Assembly: GCA_973895155.1 (NCBI GenBank)
Contig: OZ316899.1
Coordinates: forward strand, 16,085,974-16,149,973
Direction of reading: 5' to 3'
DNA length: 64,000 bases
DNA from: Marsupella aquatica
Lineage: Eukaryota; Plantae; Marchantiophyta
Shown: piece after piece, positions 25,401 to 37,888 of the stretch
Layout of the letters: each line of letters begins with the position of its first letter
Position numbering within the stretch: the stretch's first letter is position 1
The notes under the pieces: model-generated
Seen by the model: the letters and a program-made list of their open reading frames with translations, nothing else
What the model was told of the DNA's origin: nothing
Databases searched by the model: none
Position numbers and translations under genes: made by a program

Positions 25401-26364
25401 TGCACACTGTACCTATGCCAATGACTTGACAGGGTTGATCATTCCCCATCAAGACGTTCCCTGATTTTGGCTCATAGGTGCAAAAGACCTCCTTGTCATG
25501 GCACATATGAAAGGAACATGCAGAATCTAAAATCCACTCCGGTCTCCCACCTTGGGAATCGGTACATAAGGCAAAACCAGCATCATCATCAGTAGTAACA
25601 AAACTCGTCTGACTTTATATGCTACCACCACTCTTGCAATTCCTTTTAATGTGGCCCTTCTGACCACATTTCTAGCACTCAACACCCTTCGAGTCACGTG
25701 ACTTCGATCTAGCCTTGGTTTTACCAGAGGAGCCTGTAAAACGCTCTCGTGACCTGCCCCTGGTAACTGCTAGTGCTGATCCAGATGAAGAAGAAGAACC
25801 GTTGTGTATCTTCTTTCGCATTTTGTCTGACAGTAGAGTGTTCACTGTCTCATCATAGGTCAATGTAGTCTTGCCATACAAGATTGTCTGGACCAGGTTC
25901 TCATATGAGCGTGGCAAGGAAGTAAGCAAATGAAGGGCCTTTTTCTCATCCTCCACCTTCTCATTGAGACTCGCCAACTCTGCAACGATTAAATTAAAAC
26001 CATCAATATGTTCGTGCATAGTTTTACCTTCAGCCATCTTGAAGTTCATCAACTTCAAGCTCGTGTATAGTCGATTTGTCAATGACATCAGCTTCAGTCG
26101 ATCCCACAGCTTTGTAACTGTGTCCTCCGTCATAACCTGAAGTAAAACTTCAGGTGCCAAGTGGAGCCTAATCAAACTGAGAGCACGATTGCCAATCTCT
26201 TTCCACTCCTCATCGGTCATGGAGGATGGCTTGGTGCTGAATGCTGAACCCAAGCCCTGGGAAACAAGAACGTCCTTCATTTGTACTTTCCATAACGTGA
26301 AGTTATTGCGCCCGATGAATTTCTCCACTTCATACTTTGCACTGGTCACCTTCCGGGATGCCAT
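22436..26364 (-). pseudogene. Copia gag-pol polyprotein
   Basis: KYEVEKFIGRNNFTLWK gag; LWHARLGH; SDNGGEY; TPQQNGVSE; LYGLKQSPRQW; LYVDDML; SSTEAEY; KHIDIRYHF; stops at 25672, 24874, 23354, 22679; frameshift near 23990. Confidence 0.96.
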
Positions 26365-27549
26365 GACAATGTCCCCTACTCTTACATGCAATGTATTCAA
26401 TGTAAGCTACCAAGGTGCTTGTAAGGCTCCCAAACCGTATCGGACCCTCCAAGCAGTCTCACCCAAAAAATCACCAAAAAATGAAAGTAATCTAAATCAA
26501 TAACTGACTTCACCTTCCTGTAGCCTAGAAGATAACCTTTCCAGAACGCCAAACAGCTCCGCAAACGGACACTCGAGCTGAGAGTTATTAACCGTTGATC
26601 GCAAGGGGGTCAAAATGTTATTTCGGACCCCCTCAAGGAATCTTTTTAATAAAAAATTCCATGCACCTCAGTTTCCTAAACAGATTTTTCAGGCCCGTCC
26701 CTAACTCCCCCGTGAACACACCTACAAAAAATCTCATAAAACGGAACCCGTTTGCCTTGCCAAATCGCTTATTTATCGTTGAATTTTAACGTTCTGGAAA
26801 TTGAGAATATAGGGAATGAAAGTACAGGGGGCGTTTGGCCCTGCGCAGGGGGCGAAATGCCTTGTGGCACTTGCCACAAACAGGACAATGCCTGTTTGCG
26901 TCGCGCCTCCCCACCCCAAGCGCCCTGCCGCTCCCCCTTCTGCCCTGTCACCCTTCCCGTACCCGGCCGAACGCCCTTCCCGCGCCCTGCCACGCGGCCA
27001 AAGTCAAACCCACTTTGACTGCCCGTATCTCGGCCGTCCTATGTCCGATCTATCTATAATTTATATGGTTGGAACGAGCGCGACGAGATCTTTCCAACAA
27101 GCCTATGGGCGACCCAAGATCATGACTTTCGAAAATTGACCTAAATTCGTACCATCGTACGACCGTCACTTTGAGTTCACGGCTATGGCTGCCTGAGCTT
27201 AACAGCCAACTTCAAAATCAAGTTAGTGGCCGCACACACCACCAAAATGTTTCCCGTTCGTTGTAAATTGATCCTCTTGCCGTTTGTAACTCCCCGGATC
27301 AAATCAACAACAAAAATGAACAAGCAAAACCCGGATTGCGCTCACATTCAAGAAAACCGCCGAAAACCCGTCAAACACGAAGGAAATTCTTCCCACCTTC
27401 AAATTGGGCGCCATTTTCCGCCTAAACAACACAAGGACAGACCAAAGTCTGTGTTACTCCGCCTAGAAGATGATTCACACTCATATCCCGCACCGAATGC
27501 CACAAATCGGTCACGATGAGCCCAAGCGCTTCTCAATCTCGGTCCCCAA

Positions 27550-27561
27550 GCTCTGATACCA
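27550..27561 (-). other. Copia primer binding site (tRNA-iMet)
   Basis: TGGTATCAGAGC on the minus strand, 2 nt from the 5' LTR. Confidence 0.95.
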
Positions 27562-27563
27562 AT

Positions 27564-27918
27564 TGTTGGGATATGATCTAGACCGAACGAGACAGCGTCA
27601 ACGCATGTGAACAACATCCGACAATGAAAGCACGTGGTTCACCCCGTCTGGGCTACGCCCACGGCCGTGAGAGAAATCCAGTAATACACACCTATTACAT
27701 CCGCCATAGCCAACGTGCTAGAGCTCCTCCTCTCACTCCCTCACTCTGTCTTCTAAAGAGTGAACCTTCAAATGTGAGCACAAGTTTGTGTTACCCTTGG
27801 GTATACCCTCTCCCATGGTCTATGGGAACCTGGAACTCAAACTAGTGCTATCCTAGTATAGTGAAGTCTAGCTAGTACTATGGAAGTATATAGGTTATAC
27901 TAGAGGCATAACCTAACA
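27564..27918 (-). repeat. Copia 5' LTR (355 bp)
   Basis: Near-identical to 21731-22094 apart from a 9-bp indel and a few substitutions. Confidence 0.95.
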
Positions 27919-30900
27919 TAACTAAATTATGAGCTCTGCCACAGTTTTGCCTGCCTCGCTCTGGCACTTCCCATGGGTGCCTGCCTCACGCTGCCATGGC
28001 CTACCCATGCCTATATTGCCTGCCATGGCCCGTGGCCTCGCCTCGCCTCGCCGTGCCAGTCCAGGCGCGGCCGTGCTTGCCGTGCACAGTAGTCTTGCCA
28101 CTCACTTGCCTACCTCGCCCTGCCAGTCCAGGCGCGGCAGTGCCCAGTGTGCGCCCCTCACTGCCTTGCAGCCGTCCCTGTGGCCACTTTGCCTGCCTCC
28201 TAAACCCCTGCCAGTCCAGGCGCGGCGAGGGGCCGAGGAGTAGCCCCGGAAAGGGAGAGTCGGCAGCGTAAGGAGGAGTAGCGCCGGAGTGGGAGAGGCG
28301 GCGAGGGGGAGATGAGGTTGTGGGGGGGGGCACCCCGGTCCAGGTGCGGAGCGAGGCACCAAGGCGGTGAGGGGGACATGGGGCCGCGGGGGAAGCTGTC
28401 CCTGATCCAGGCGTGGAGTGAGGGCCCCAAGCGGCGAGGGGAAGATGAGGCGAGGCGTCCCCGGTCCAGGCGCTGAGCGAGGCCCCTAGGCGGCGAGGGG
28501 GCAATGAGGGCAAAGCGCCGGAGGGGGAGAGGAGGCCAAGTGCGGGGCTTGCCATCACTAGTCCAGGCGCGGAGCAGGGAGGGAGCCGGCGAGGAGCCGA
28601 GGAGGGGTGGGGTGGCCGCACCGAGGAGCATCAGCCCCTGGTCGAGGCATGGAGCAGGGAGGCAGCAAGCGCCGAGGACTGGAGGCGGCTAGGAGCCGAG
28701 GAGGGGGTGGGAGTGGCACCGAGGAGGGGCGGGCCGTTGAGCAGGGCCAGGGCGTCAAGCCGGGAGGGAGCGCCCACCATTGGCAGCGAGGAGGCGAGCG
28801 CCGAGGGGAGCGCTGAGGAGGGCAGGAGGGGGACTTGCACTAAAGAGGGGGTCAAGGGGCACAGTTTTGGTGAGAAGGGCAGCAGGGTCGGGGGATCAAT
28901 GGGAGGCCATGAGCGCAGGCGTGCGTGTTTGGGTCAGGGCGTCAGGGGCGCGTGTCAGGGTGGGGTTGTCACAGGCTCTCGTCCCGGTGGGGTGTCAACC
29001 TGACAAAACGCCTGGGGTGGATCCCCATTGGCAAGTGTGACATGGCACAACGCCTGGACCAAGGTGCGGGAGGCAGAACCGACCTGTCAGGTTTTCTGTG
29101 GCATGGGTCACAAAGAGGGAGTTGTCCGACGCCAGCCACGACACAATCATCCTTTCAAACAGGAGTCCAGGAACAGCAAGTTTTTGCATCCAACGGTGAC
29201 GAAAATATGGATTGAGATCGGACGGCCAATATTGAGTCCCGCCCATTCATGATTTCGTAAGTAGACTATCCTACAAAAGAAGCGGGATAGCATATTATAG
29301 TACTTAGATTGCTTGTTTTGGATAATGGAACAAGCTTTTTGTGAGTCAAGACTAAACTCAATTCACATTTTGGCTTTAATACTTATTTTTGACCAATTTT
29401 AAATTTTTTTTTGCCTGCGAATTTGAATGAGGACCAGTCTAAAGTGACGCACCCACTCTAAAGTGACGCAACCTTGTACTATAGTCTTTGCTTCCCACTT
29501 GGGAATAAGTGCCATGGGAGATTACATCCCATTATCCCTATTGGGGGGATGGGTTACTTTACACATCCACCTGGGTGATGAGTGCCGTACAGGTACTCCC
29601 TTTGTTTGAAGTACCTCTTATGGGCCCTCCACCCGCCTGCGAAACCATCACCACATTTGCTCGGTCCTAATTACTTCTCACTGGTCCCTGCGACAACGCT
29701 TTCTCTCTCTTGACTGCACTTCTCTCTCTAGAATTCGCCATCTTGGTCCATCTTTTGGCCGTTGTGGTCCCCCCTGACTGTACTGCATTACTTGCGTGCG
29801 CGCCGTCGGAACCATCCCCTCACCCACCAGCCGCTGGGTAAAGAGGTGATTGAGAGAGGGACGACTTGAACTCGGGCGACAAGCTTCCTGTAGCCATCGA
29901 TTTTGGTCGAGTGCGCGTCTGCGAGGGAGAGCCGGTGGTTGTCTGCGGTACTTCCTGTCGTAGAGTGTTATGGAATGAGCGTCCAGCATCGGCTAGACAG
30001 ACCTGCAAAATTGGGGAGTTGGGCTGTCTGTGCAGTCGGTCAGTCGTCCAGGACAAACCATCGCACCTTCTACCGCCTGCTTTTGAAATGATCTGTGATT
30101 ATTTTGATGTCTTTTTGTACCGACGACTCTCTAAACAGAATAGAAGAGTTAATCGTACAGGAGGCAGTCAACGTAGCCCTATTGAAAATGTTGCCAAGTA
30201 TTATTCGAGAGAAATGATGCAGCTCGCTGTTGCAATCAGTGTTTAGACTGTAGTGAGAGTGAAAGGAGTGCTGCGATTGACTGGGAGTTTGTGATGAGAT
30301 TTGGTCGATAGGACGTTGAAGTCATCGTCCGTCCCGAAGACAGCGAAAAGTTTCTTGTTGTGATGTACAACTACTTTGAAACAAATCTATGAGCTCGTTG
30401 AGAGTCGGGTCACCTCAACACAAGCAAAGAGTGCGATACACTGTAAGGCGGAGATTGATGTCCTGTCTGAAGGTCAGATAGTCTGGCATGATTGCAAATT
30501 TTCAGGTGGGGGTTTTACAGTAGGGCGCCGTATTCATTTGACCTGACCAAGATCAGGGTTGCTGTCATAGAAATAAAAAATATGTTTCTTAGGCTAGCCT
30601 AGGCGTCGCACTTGCAACTGGTATTAGGTGGGGGTGGATGTGATGGGAGACTCTCGCTGTGGTGAAGGCTTAAAGGGCGGCTCAGGGCGACTGAGACTGA
30701 GGTTGCGCAGGGACACACGGGACGGCTATCCTGGCTAGGAAATAACGGTTTGATGTCTTCATTTGGGAAGCAGCTGCAGTTCCAAGTTTTAAACTCTAGG
30801 TCATGAGGTTTCAGATATCGACCGTCGAGGATCAGGGGCTAATGAAGGCCGACAACAAGTATCTGTCATCGCATTGTCGAGCCTAATCTTTATCTCTACC

Positions 30901-32857
30901 TCATGTGAGAGCAAGATTTCATTTTTGTATTCTCCCTCGCTGCCACGATACTTACCGAATCCATTCGCCACCTTACATGCAATCTTTTGGTTTACTTTTA
31001 TGAAGATACGTTTCACTGATTGACCCAAATTTGGGCTGATACAGGCAGAGTCTTTAATTCCCTAGCTTTGTCATTGTCCTTTGATTATTGCCAATGGGAC
31101 TGTCGTTTATCTAGTCAGAGAGACGTAAGAGTTCCTCCTATGATCAGCGGACGATACGGTACTATCTTGCGCTGGAGGATTTAGGTATCTTTCCCATCTT
31201 TCTGCTTTGTTTTCTAGATTTTTGAGTATCTTGGAAACACTGTATAGCCTCCCGGTCTGTTGGTAGCTCTCAAGTTACTATCTTGTTTAGTCTCCCACCT
31301 GACGTCGGTATACTACGGATTAAAACGCCGCCTTCAGGTCAGATCGCCGCCTTCAGGTCAGATGCGGGATGCATACTTCCGTAGTGGAAACCTTGAAAAA
31401 CTCTTATAGTGATTTGTCGACATATGACAGAAAGGTTAAGGTGGCCCGTCGGTCCCGTCAGACTTCCCGTGCCTCTGCCAATCCTGGCTGTGCAAGGAGC
31501 CCAGGATATTTCGATCCACCCTTCTAGGTCTTGGTATATGTAATTGGCACTTGCAGAGTACGCGAGGGGGAAAGTCTGCAATTTGAATCCGGTTGCTGTC
31601 AGGACCAACTTAGACGAACATTGTATGGCCCATTTTAAACCAGCCATATTCATCTAATGCCTGTGTAATTGGTCTTCGAGATTAGAATTTCCACGCTCGT
31701 ACAGGTTGTGTTGAATAGCGGTGTTCGCGACCCTGAAGGCAGTCTTGATCTCACGTTAGAAAGGTCGTTGGACCGTAAGTCACTCTTCCTAAAGAAGTAG
31801 TCAAAGTAGGAGCCGTGGTCCAAGATCTGGTAGGGACAGCTAAAGCTTCATGAAGATTGCCCTCTCTTGCGCTTCTTAGTCCTTTGAGTTCATGTTGACT
31901 GTTCTGAAGAGACTTGAATGGAGGAACCCAGTAGTCTGGCCTAAGATGTATAGTAAGGTGTTGCTGTGGGTGAATTGGAATGTGTAAATGTGTACAGTCA
32001 TTAAGAACTACTCGGCTTTTTCGTTCTGCAATACAGTGACATCTAACTAAGTCTCCAAAGAGTTAAGCGCAATGGGCGCCTAGCCTTAGGCTCAAGGCAT
32101 CTGAGGACTTTTCTCCGTGGTTGTGTATGCAGCATGTGCTCGTAGTTTCACCACAGATAGCTGGGACACCGGTGCAAGGTTCAGCAAGTTTGTTTGAAGT
32201 CATTTTGCAAACGAAGTTTGTCGAGAGGAGAAGCCATGGGTCATGCAAACGCACCTAGCTGTCGTCGTTGCCTGGGTTGAGTTGCAAGTCTATTGGAGCA
32301 GGCTTGTTGTGAGCTTGATTTCCGTGTCCGTTGAACAGGCACATGTTTGGAGTCATTCCGTCTCTCGTTCGCTTCTGAGGTGCGGTTCGGTGAATCGAAG
32401 ATAATTGCGCGTTGAGAACATGTCGCAGCTGGGAGCTGGAGCAGAAACAAATTTCGTACGGCTTGGAAGACTGTTGTGATGGCTGAAAAGGCGTGAAGTA
32501 CACAACAGATAGTAGGTATCCTGTTGAGGGTGAGCAAGTCTTCATGTAAACCTCGCTTCAACCAACGACGCTGCACTGAAGTTCTGGTTGCTCTCCAGTT
32601 GTGTAATGATCCATTTGATCTTTTCATGAAGTAAGGTCGAATAAGGGGTTCTCCAGCTCAGCAGTGCACCGGGACTTTATGGTCTTCGGGCAATGTTCGT
32701 ATCGTAATCATCTTCAACTGGAGGTGTCATATCTTTGGGCCATCATCCTATGTAGTGATTGCGGTGAGGTTGCCTCTGTCGTATTGCTTAGGTTTTTTTG
32801 TCCAATTGGCCGTGGTAGAACTATTTTCTCCCTATTTACCCACTACTGGCATATGGG

Positions 32858-33678
32858 ATGAACTCGTCTGCTAGTACCTCGGAGCAGGAAGGGGAACCAA
32901 ATTGGGAAACTGGGAACTGGGATCAGTCGGGATCGGTAGCAGGTCTGGAAAGCAGTCGACCTTACGCTGGGAATCGGCTTGATTGGGACTGGGATAACCC
33001 AATGATTTTAGCGCAGCATCCAGGCGCTGGTGCTAATGATGGTGATTCTGACCGCAAGTCTCCTATAGTGGGATCAATGGCCTCCAGCCTTCGTGCCTAT
33101 ACAGGCATTCTGTCGTCTGGATTTCCATCCAACTTTTCACAGAACCCCATGGGAGTTTTCAGTTCATCGGGCATTCGGAGCTTCGCAGGTATGGATTCTA
33201 GTAGCATCACAACCTCCTCTGGATTGCATGGAGTTATGAGCACACCGAGCATTCCCGGTATTCCTGGCCTAGCTCCAACCAGTGGAGGCCACATTGACAT
33301 CCGATCAAGTTTCGAACAACGGCGGAGGCAGTATTTTGGGGTGATGGACCCTGACCAGAAAGGTCATAGTACTGATTTTCATGTCAAACGAGAAAATGAG
33401 ATATGTGGAGGTGATGGTCATGGAGGACGGATTGGTCTTAACCTTGGGGTACGCACCTATTTCTCAACCGAAGACACGGCTGCCGGGCGACTCGGGAAAA
33501 GGCACCGTGCAAATTCCCCCAGCTCACAGGTACCAATGTGTCAGGCCGAGGGCTGCAAGGCTGACCTGAGCGCTGCTAAACATTATCATCGTCGCCACAA
33601 GGTTTGCGAGTTGCACTCTAAAGCATCAAATGTGACTGCCGCTGGACATACCCAACGATTTTGTCAGCAATGCAGCAG
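32858..33678 (+). CDS. SPL: SBP-box (SPL) transcription factor, SPL8-like clade, coding exon 1
   Basis: [13 protein letters not shown] (SPL8-clade motif) then [28 protein letters not shown]...QRFCQQCSR; GT donor at 33679, the conserved SBP intron position; start codon choice uncertain. Confidence 0.93.
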
Positions 33679-34267
33679 GTGTGTTCAACTTCACTTGTTA
33701 TCTTTATCTTTTCGGGTTGTGCGATGCAACTGAAGGCGTGCACCTAGATGCAAGACCGGAGCGAACCGAGAGTGAGGGACTCGCTGTTTCGATTGGGTCG
33801 TCCTTAGCACATAGAGACTGTTTGTCTGGACTGACGTGGCTTGGTTCCCCGAGGTCTGTGGTGAAGCAGTCATTCTATTCTCTCAATGCTACTTCCCAAC
33901 TGCAGCTGGTGACGTGTTGCTACTCAAAGAAATTGAAGGAATGATGTACAGATTGTGTGAGCTGAAGAAGGTTGTTTTAGTGTAAGCACCTTAGAAGCTT
34001 CTGGGAAATTGAGTGAGGACTATGTAGGGCGATCCATCGTCATGGCGTATACAACTTGTGGCCTGAAAACTCGTGGAGATGTAGACGCCCTGGATACGTT
34101 TAGTTTGGTGTAACATTTCTTAATTTGAATTGCTGCAATGCTAGTCACTCTGCCCGGCTGTGCTGTCAACTTGCTTGTATTGACCCATTCGGCTGTTCGT
34201 TGCCGGTGGGTGACTTGTCGTATATGTTAATTTTATATTTAAGGGTTGTTCTAGTGCGCTCTGGCAG

Positions 34268-34407
34268 ATTCCATCTTTTGTCCGAATTCGATGAAGGCAA
34301 GAGGAGTTGCAGAAAGCGACTTGCAGACCACAATCGACGTAGGCGAAAGCCGCAGCCAATAGCTTCGTCGGGTGGAGGAACTACTGCTGAATCAATTGCT
34401 TTGAAGA
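34268..34407 (+). CDS. SPL: SPL coding exon 2
   Basis: ggcag|A TTC CAT: [29 protein letters not shown] (second Zn site and NLS); donor GTGAGG at 34408, alternative in-phase GTTAGA at 34441. Confidence 0.88.
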
Positions 34408-34729
34408 GTGAGGAGCTTGACTACCATACTTCTGTCAAGTGTTAGAAGCTTGGAGAGAAGTCAGCTTTTCAGCCCAAGGCGAAATCTTCTGGCATTCTGA
34501 CAGCATTGTAATTGCTGTCTCTCTTGATGGACCATGTTGTCACGTTTCTGATAGTTTTGCTGTCTTAATCTAGAGAATGTCTACGGATAGCTCCCAATTT
34601 TGATCTACTTAAACACTATAAAATACTATTTTCTGAGACTTTTATACTTGATTATAAGCTCATTTTCTGTCGTCGGTTTTATCATCTAAAAGGAAAAATT
34701 GCCGGGTTTTTCTGGTGTGCATACAACAG

Positions 34730-35676
34730 CATCCACAGATCCCAACAAATCAATGCTTATGCACCTGAAGAAGTCAGGCTCCCCAAGCTCGGCATCCCTC
34801 GACGAATCTGATGAGAAGACAGGGTCAGCTGGGAACCATTTGCAGCTGCGCACATCGGGTGGATTTGAAATTCCTCCTCAGGCTGTAGCCCTGAACTCAC
34901 AGGCTAGCTCAATATCCGGATCTGATGGACAAGTTTTGTTATCAGCTATGTCCATTGCGCCCCCAGTACCTCTTCTCATGCAAACTGCGAAGCGTCAGCT
35001 TTCAATTCTTCCAGGGAATTCCCAGGAGGCAGCAGTGTATCAGCAGTTTTTGCAAGGAGTTGGAGGCCAGACGGGCCCAAATTTGTCTCTGTCTTCTCTG
35101 GGTGGAGGTTTGGGACTTGGAAATCGAGGCCAAAGGAATTCTTCCGGGCAGCATTACAATGGAATGGAGCCACCCGTGCCTTGGTTAAGACCAAGGTCTG
35201 ATATCACACAAACAGTCAGTAGACCATCAATGAATATCCAAGTTGTCCCAGAGAAGAGGGGACCCAGATCAAGTCAGCAGATTACTTGTAATGCTACCAC
35301 GTCAGGACAGGTTTATCCAATTTCGATTCAGAACCTGCTCCCGAGTATGCAGTCGAGAGAAATCAGTGAAGCTGAATGGATCGTAGGAAGTCGAGATAGT
35401 GCCAGTCAGTTTGGTTCTACTTGTCTGAGTAACATGGCAAGTGGATCCTTAGATGGACATCAATTTGGAATGCTCGAGGACTCAGCAACAATAAGGGATA
35501 ATACTACTGGGGCTGGCCAGCAGGGCCGAGCAGTAGAATTCCTTCAGCAACATGGAGGCAACGGGACAAATGTTCCTTGTACTAGCGGAGCTGATTTGAA
35601 GTTCCCCGAGTTGCAAGCTTTGAGACCAGGGAGCTTTGGTCCCTCCATCTATGACTCTCACCATAACATTTTGTAA
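34730..35676 (+). CDS. SPL: SPL coding exon 3 (Ser/Gly/Gln-rich C-terminus)
   Basis: 325-codon open frame; phase-compatible acceptors cag|34730 or cag|34739; TAA at 35674-35676. Confidence 0.8.
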
Positions 35677-37443
35677 GAAGTAACTTGAAACGCATGTGAA
35701 TTGTTGTATCTGGTAATGCTCCTCTTTCTGACCTCTTTGCCCCTCCGGACCTAACTGAAAAAGTGGATACTTGGTTCTGTTTTTGTTTTTAATCTTGTGA
35801 TCGTGGTAAGTGCTACGGAAGATTATTCTACCAATTCGAGCAGGTGGTGGCTGTCTATGTTGCACTATTAGGACTATTTTGAACAGAAGATTGGGCTTTC
35901 AATGGCTCCAGTAATATTTAAATAGACGGCTCCAACTTCTGAAGCTTTTCTGTCGCTTAGGACTTTCTATCCATAGCATGTGTTTAGATCCTCCTCCCTG
36001 AAGACTTAATCAGCGCCAACCGAGGGATGCGTGGGCTTGTGCGTTTAGTTCGTACGCCAAGCGAAAACAGTGTCTCGTCAAGTGCATGAAGCTACTCGCT
36101 GGTGCCTGTCCAGTATTTCATTCTAGCAGTGTCCGTGAATGGTATCAAGAGTTTCCTTGAGGTTAAACTGTATCGGGTATTCGCCTAATCTGGCTTGTGT
36201 GCTTGTACTTTGTGTTGCAGGACTGGATTTTCTTATGCCCTGATATGAAAGACTACTTGGTGGAGTCCTCAACTTAAGACAGATTGGTTTTGCGCACCTT
36301 TGTGGGACTTTTTAGTATTGTCGAGGCATTGAGTGTGAAGTCTCCTTAAGAAAGGCAAGAAGGCACATCCAGATACTCTTCATACATCCTCGCTGATGTA
36401 GCGAGATTGAGTTGTTCCACATATGAACATGGTCCACTGATCTGCTGTTCTGCTAAAGATTTGCAGACATTGTACGATCGTCGAAACTGGAAATTTATCT
36501 TGATAAAATCATTTCAATAGCTGGAGTAAATGTGAAGCCTTAACGCCTGTACCAGACCTCACAGGAGGATGGTTAGTGATGCACTGGATAAAATTACAGG
36601 AATTCCAATTCAACACGAGCGGAGAGATGCGTTAAAGGACTTTTCGACTCCTGTTAATAGTAACTCCACGTATTGCGGCTGTATATTTTGATAACACTTT
36701 TCATAGACCCTCCGGTGATATTGCTTTCGGGATTAGTATTTGACGGCGGCACCTGCTTCAGTACCCATGCATGAGCTGAGCCTTAGTATGGGGACGTTTT
36801 TTGCTGTCTTTAAGTTGTTTGGAAAGATGGGCCGTGTCTCATCCTGAATCAGAAACAGATTTTGGAGCTAACAAAGCATTTTCAGACCAATTTGTCTGTC
36901 TTCTTGACTTTTTAAAACCGTCCGAGTTTCTGAATCTTTTCCTCGGACAGGTTTCAGGTCTTAACCCAGAACTTGCAATTCTGCGACATCTGATTTCATA
37001 CATTGTAATCATAGGCAGTATATTTGCCCGGTTGGAATTGTCAAGGGCATGTTTAATTTTGGGTGGTTAGAATCCTCCCATGTTTGGCAGCTTCTCTGTG
37101 CCACTTAAACGATGAGGTCCCATTCCTCGCAAGGTCTTTTGCTTGTATCCTTTCTTTTCCCCTACAGTTCATTTAATTCTTTGCAGATCTCTTTTATATC
37201 CCATGGCATTGTAACGCCAGGGGATGTGCACTATAACACTAATTGTTGTATATTTTTCAAAATATATATTTTTTCTCTATTTAGCTACTCTTAAGATCAC
37301 TGTAACACTAACAATTCATGTGCGTGAAAATAGTGTTAGGATAAAATTAGTGTGATTAACATGAATTTATAAATAAACCCTGAAAATGGGAGTTCTCGAG
37401 TCACACTAATTATGGTGAAGAGTGTAGGTCTTCCAAATGATGC

Positions 37444-37636
37444 TAATACAACAATACCAATATATCAAGATGACCTCTTGACTGCATCAATAAATCAAGA
37501 TGACCTTATCAAGATGCCCTAACACAACAATACCAATATATCAAGATGACCTCTTGACTGCATCAATAAATCAAGATGACCTAATCAAGATGCCCTCTTG
37601 ACCGCATCTAAAAATCAACATGACCTCTTGACCGCA
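37444..37636. repeat. ~76-bp tandem duplication built from tcaagatgacctcttga subunits
   Basis: Direct repeat starting at 37444 and 37520; subunit has TCAAGA/TCTTGA inverted arms. Confidence 0.85.
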
Positions 37637-37716
37637 GTAAGTAGTGCAAATAAAATTTACTCTTGATTACGTCTGACAATTGTGCCTTCAGAATGCTTTT
37701 AAGACCCTCGGCTGTG

Positions 37717-37888
37717 GAGGTATTTTCTTGATTAACCCCCAAAATGAAACTTGTTACTTGATCGACCCCCGGAGGTCTATCAACGGTCCAGATCTGAAAT
37801 CAAATCAACGGTCCAGATTGGGGAAAAGTATCGAGGGGGTTGATTAAGTAAACTTTTTCCAGAAAGGGGTCTACTAAGTATATCTCTC
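37717..37888. mobile_element. Mutator-like MITE (~172 bp)
   Basis: Flanking direct repeat ctcggctgtg (37707-37716, 37889-37898); G...C ends; imperfect nested inverted repeats (tacttgatcgaccccc / gggggttgattaagta). Confidence 0.75.

Larger units (their letters stand above)
21731..27918 (-). mobile_element. Ty1/Copia LTR retrotransposon (Tnt1/Tork-like), full structure but defective
   Basis: Two TG...CA LTRs, PBS-Met, PPT, gag-PR-INT-RT-RH order. Confidence 0.96.
16272..29308 (-). mobile_element. Helitron (internally deleted, Copia-interrupted); inner 3' end at 17729, outer at 16272
   Basis: Minus strand A|TCTAAGTACTATA at 29308 (5' end, less certain); hairpin CGTGCAATGCACG plus CTAG|T at 17729; GTGCAACGCAC plus CTAG|T at 16272; Rep-helicase coding between. 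Confidence 0.72.

Noticed and set aside
27929-29252. Many overlapping Pro/Arg/Gly-rich ORFs (up to 206 aa)
   Set aside because: Expected from very high GC content; no recognisable domain
33679-33733. In-frame extension of SPL exon 1 ([17 protein letters not shown])
   Set aside because: Intron sequence after the conserved SBP splice donor
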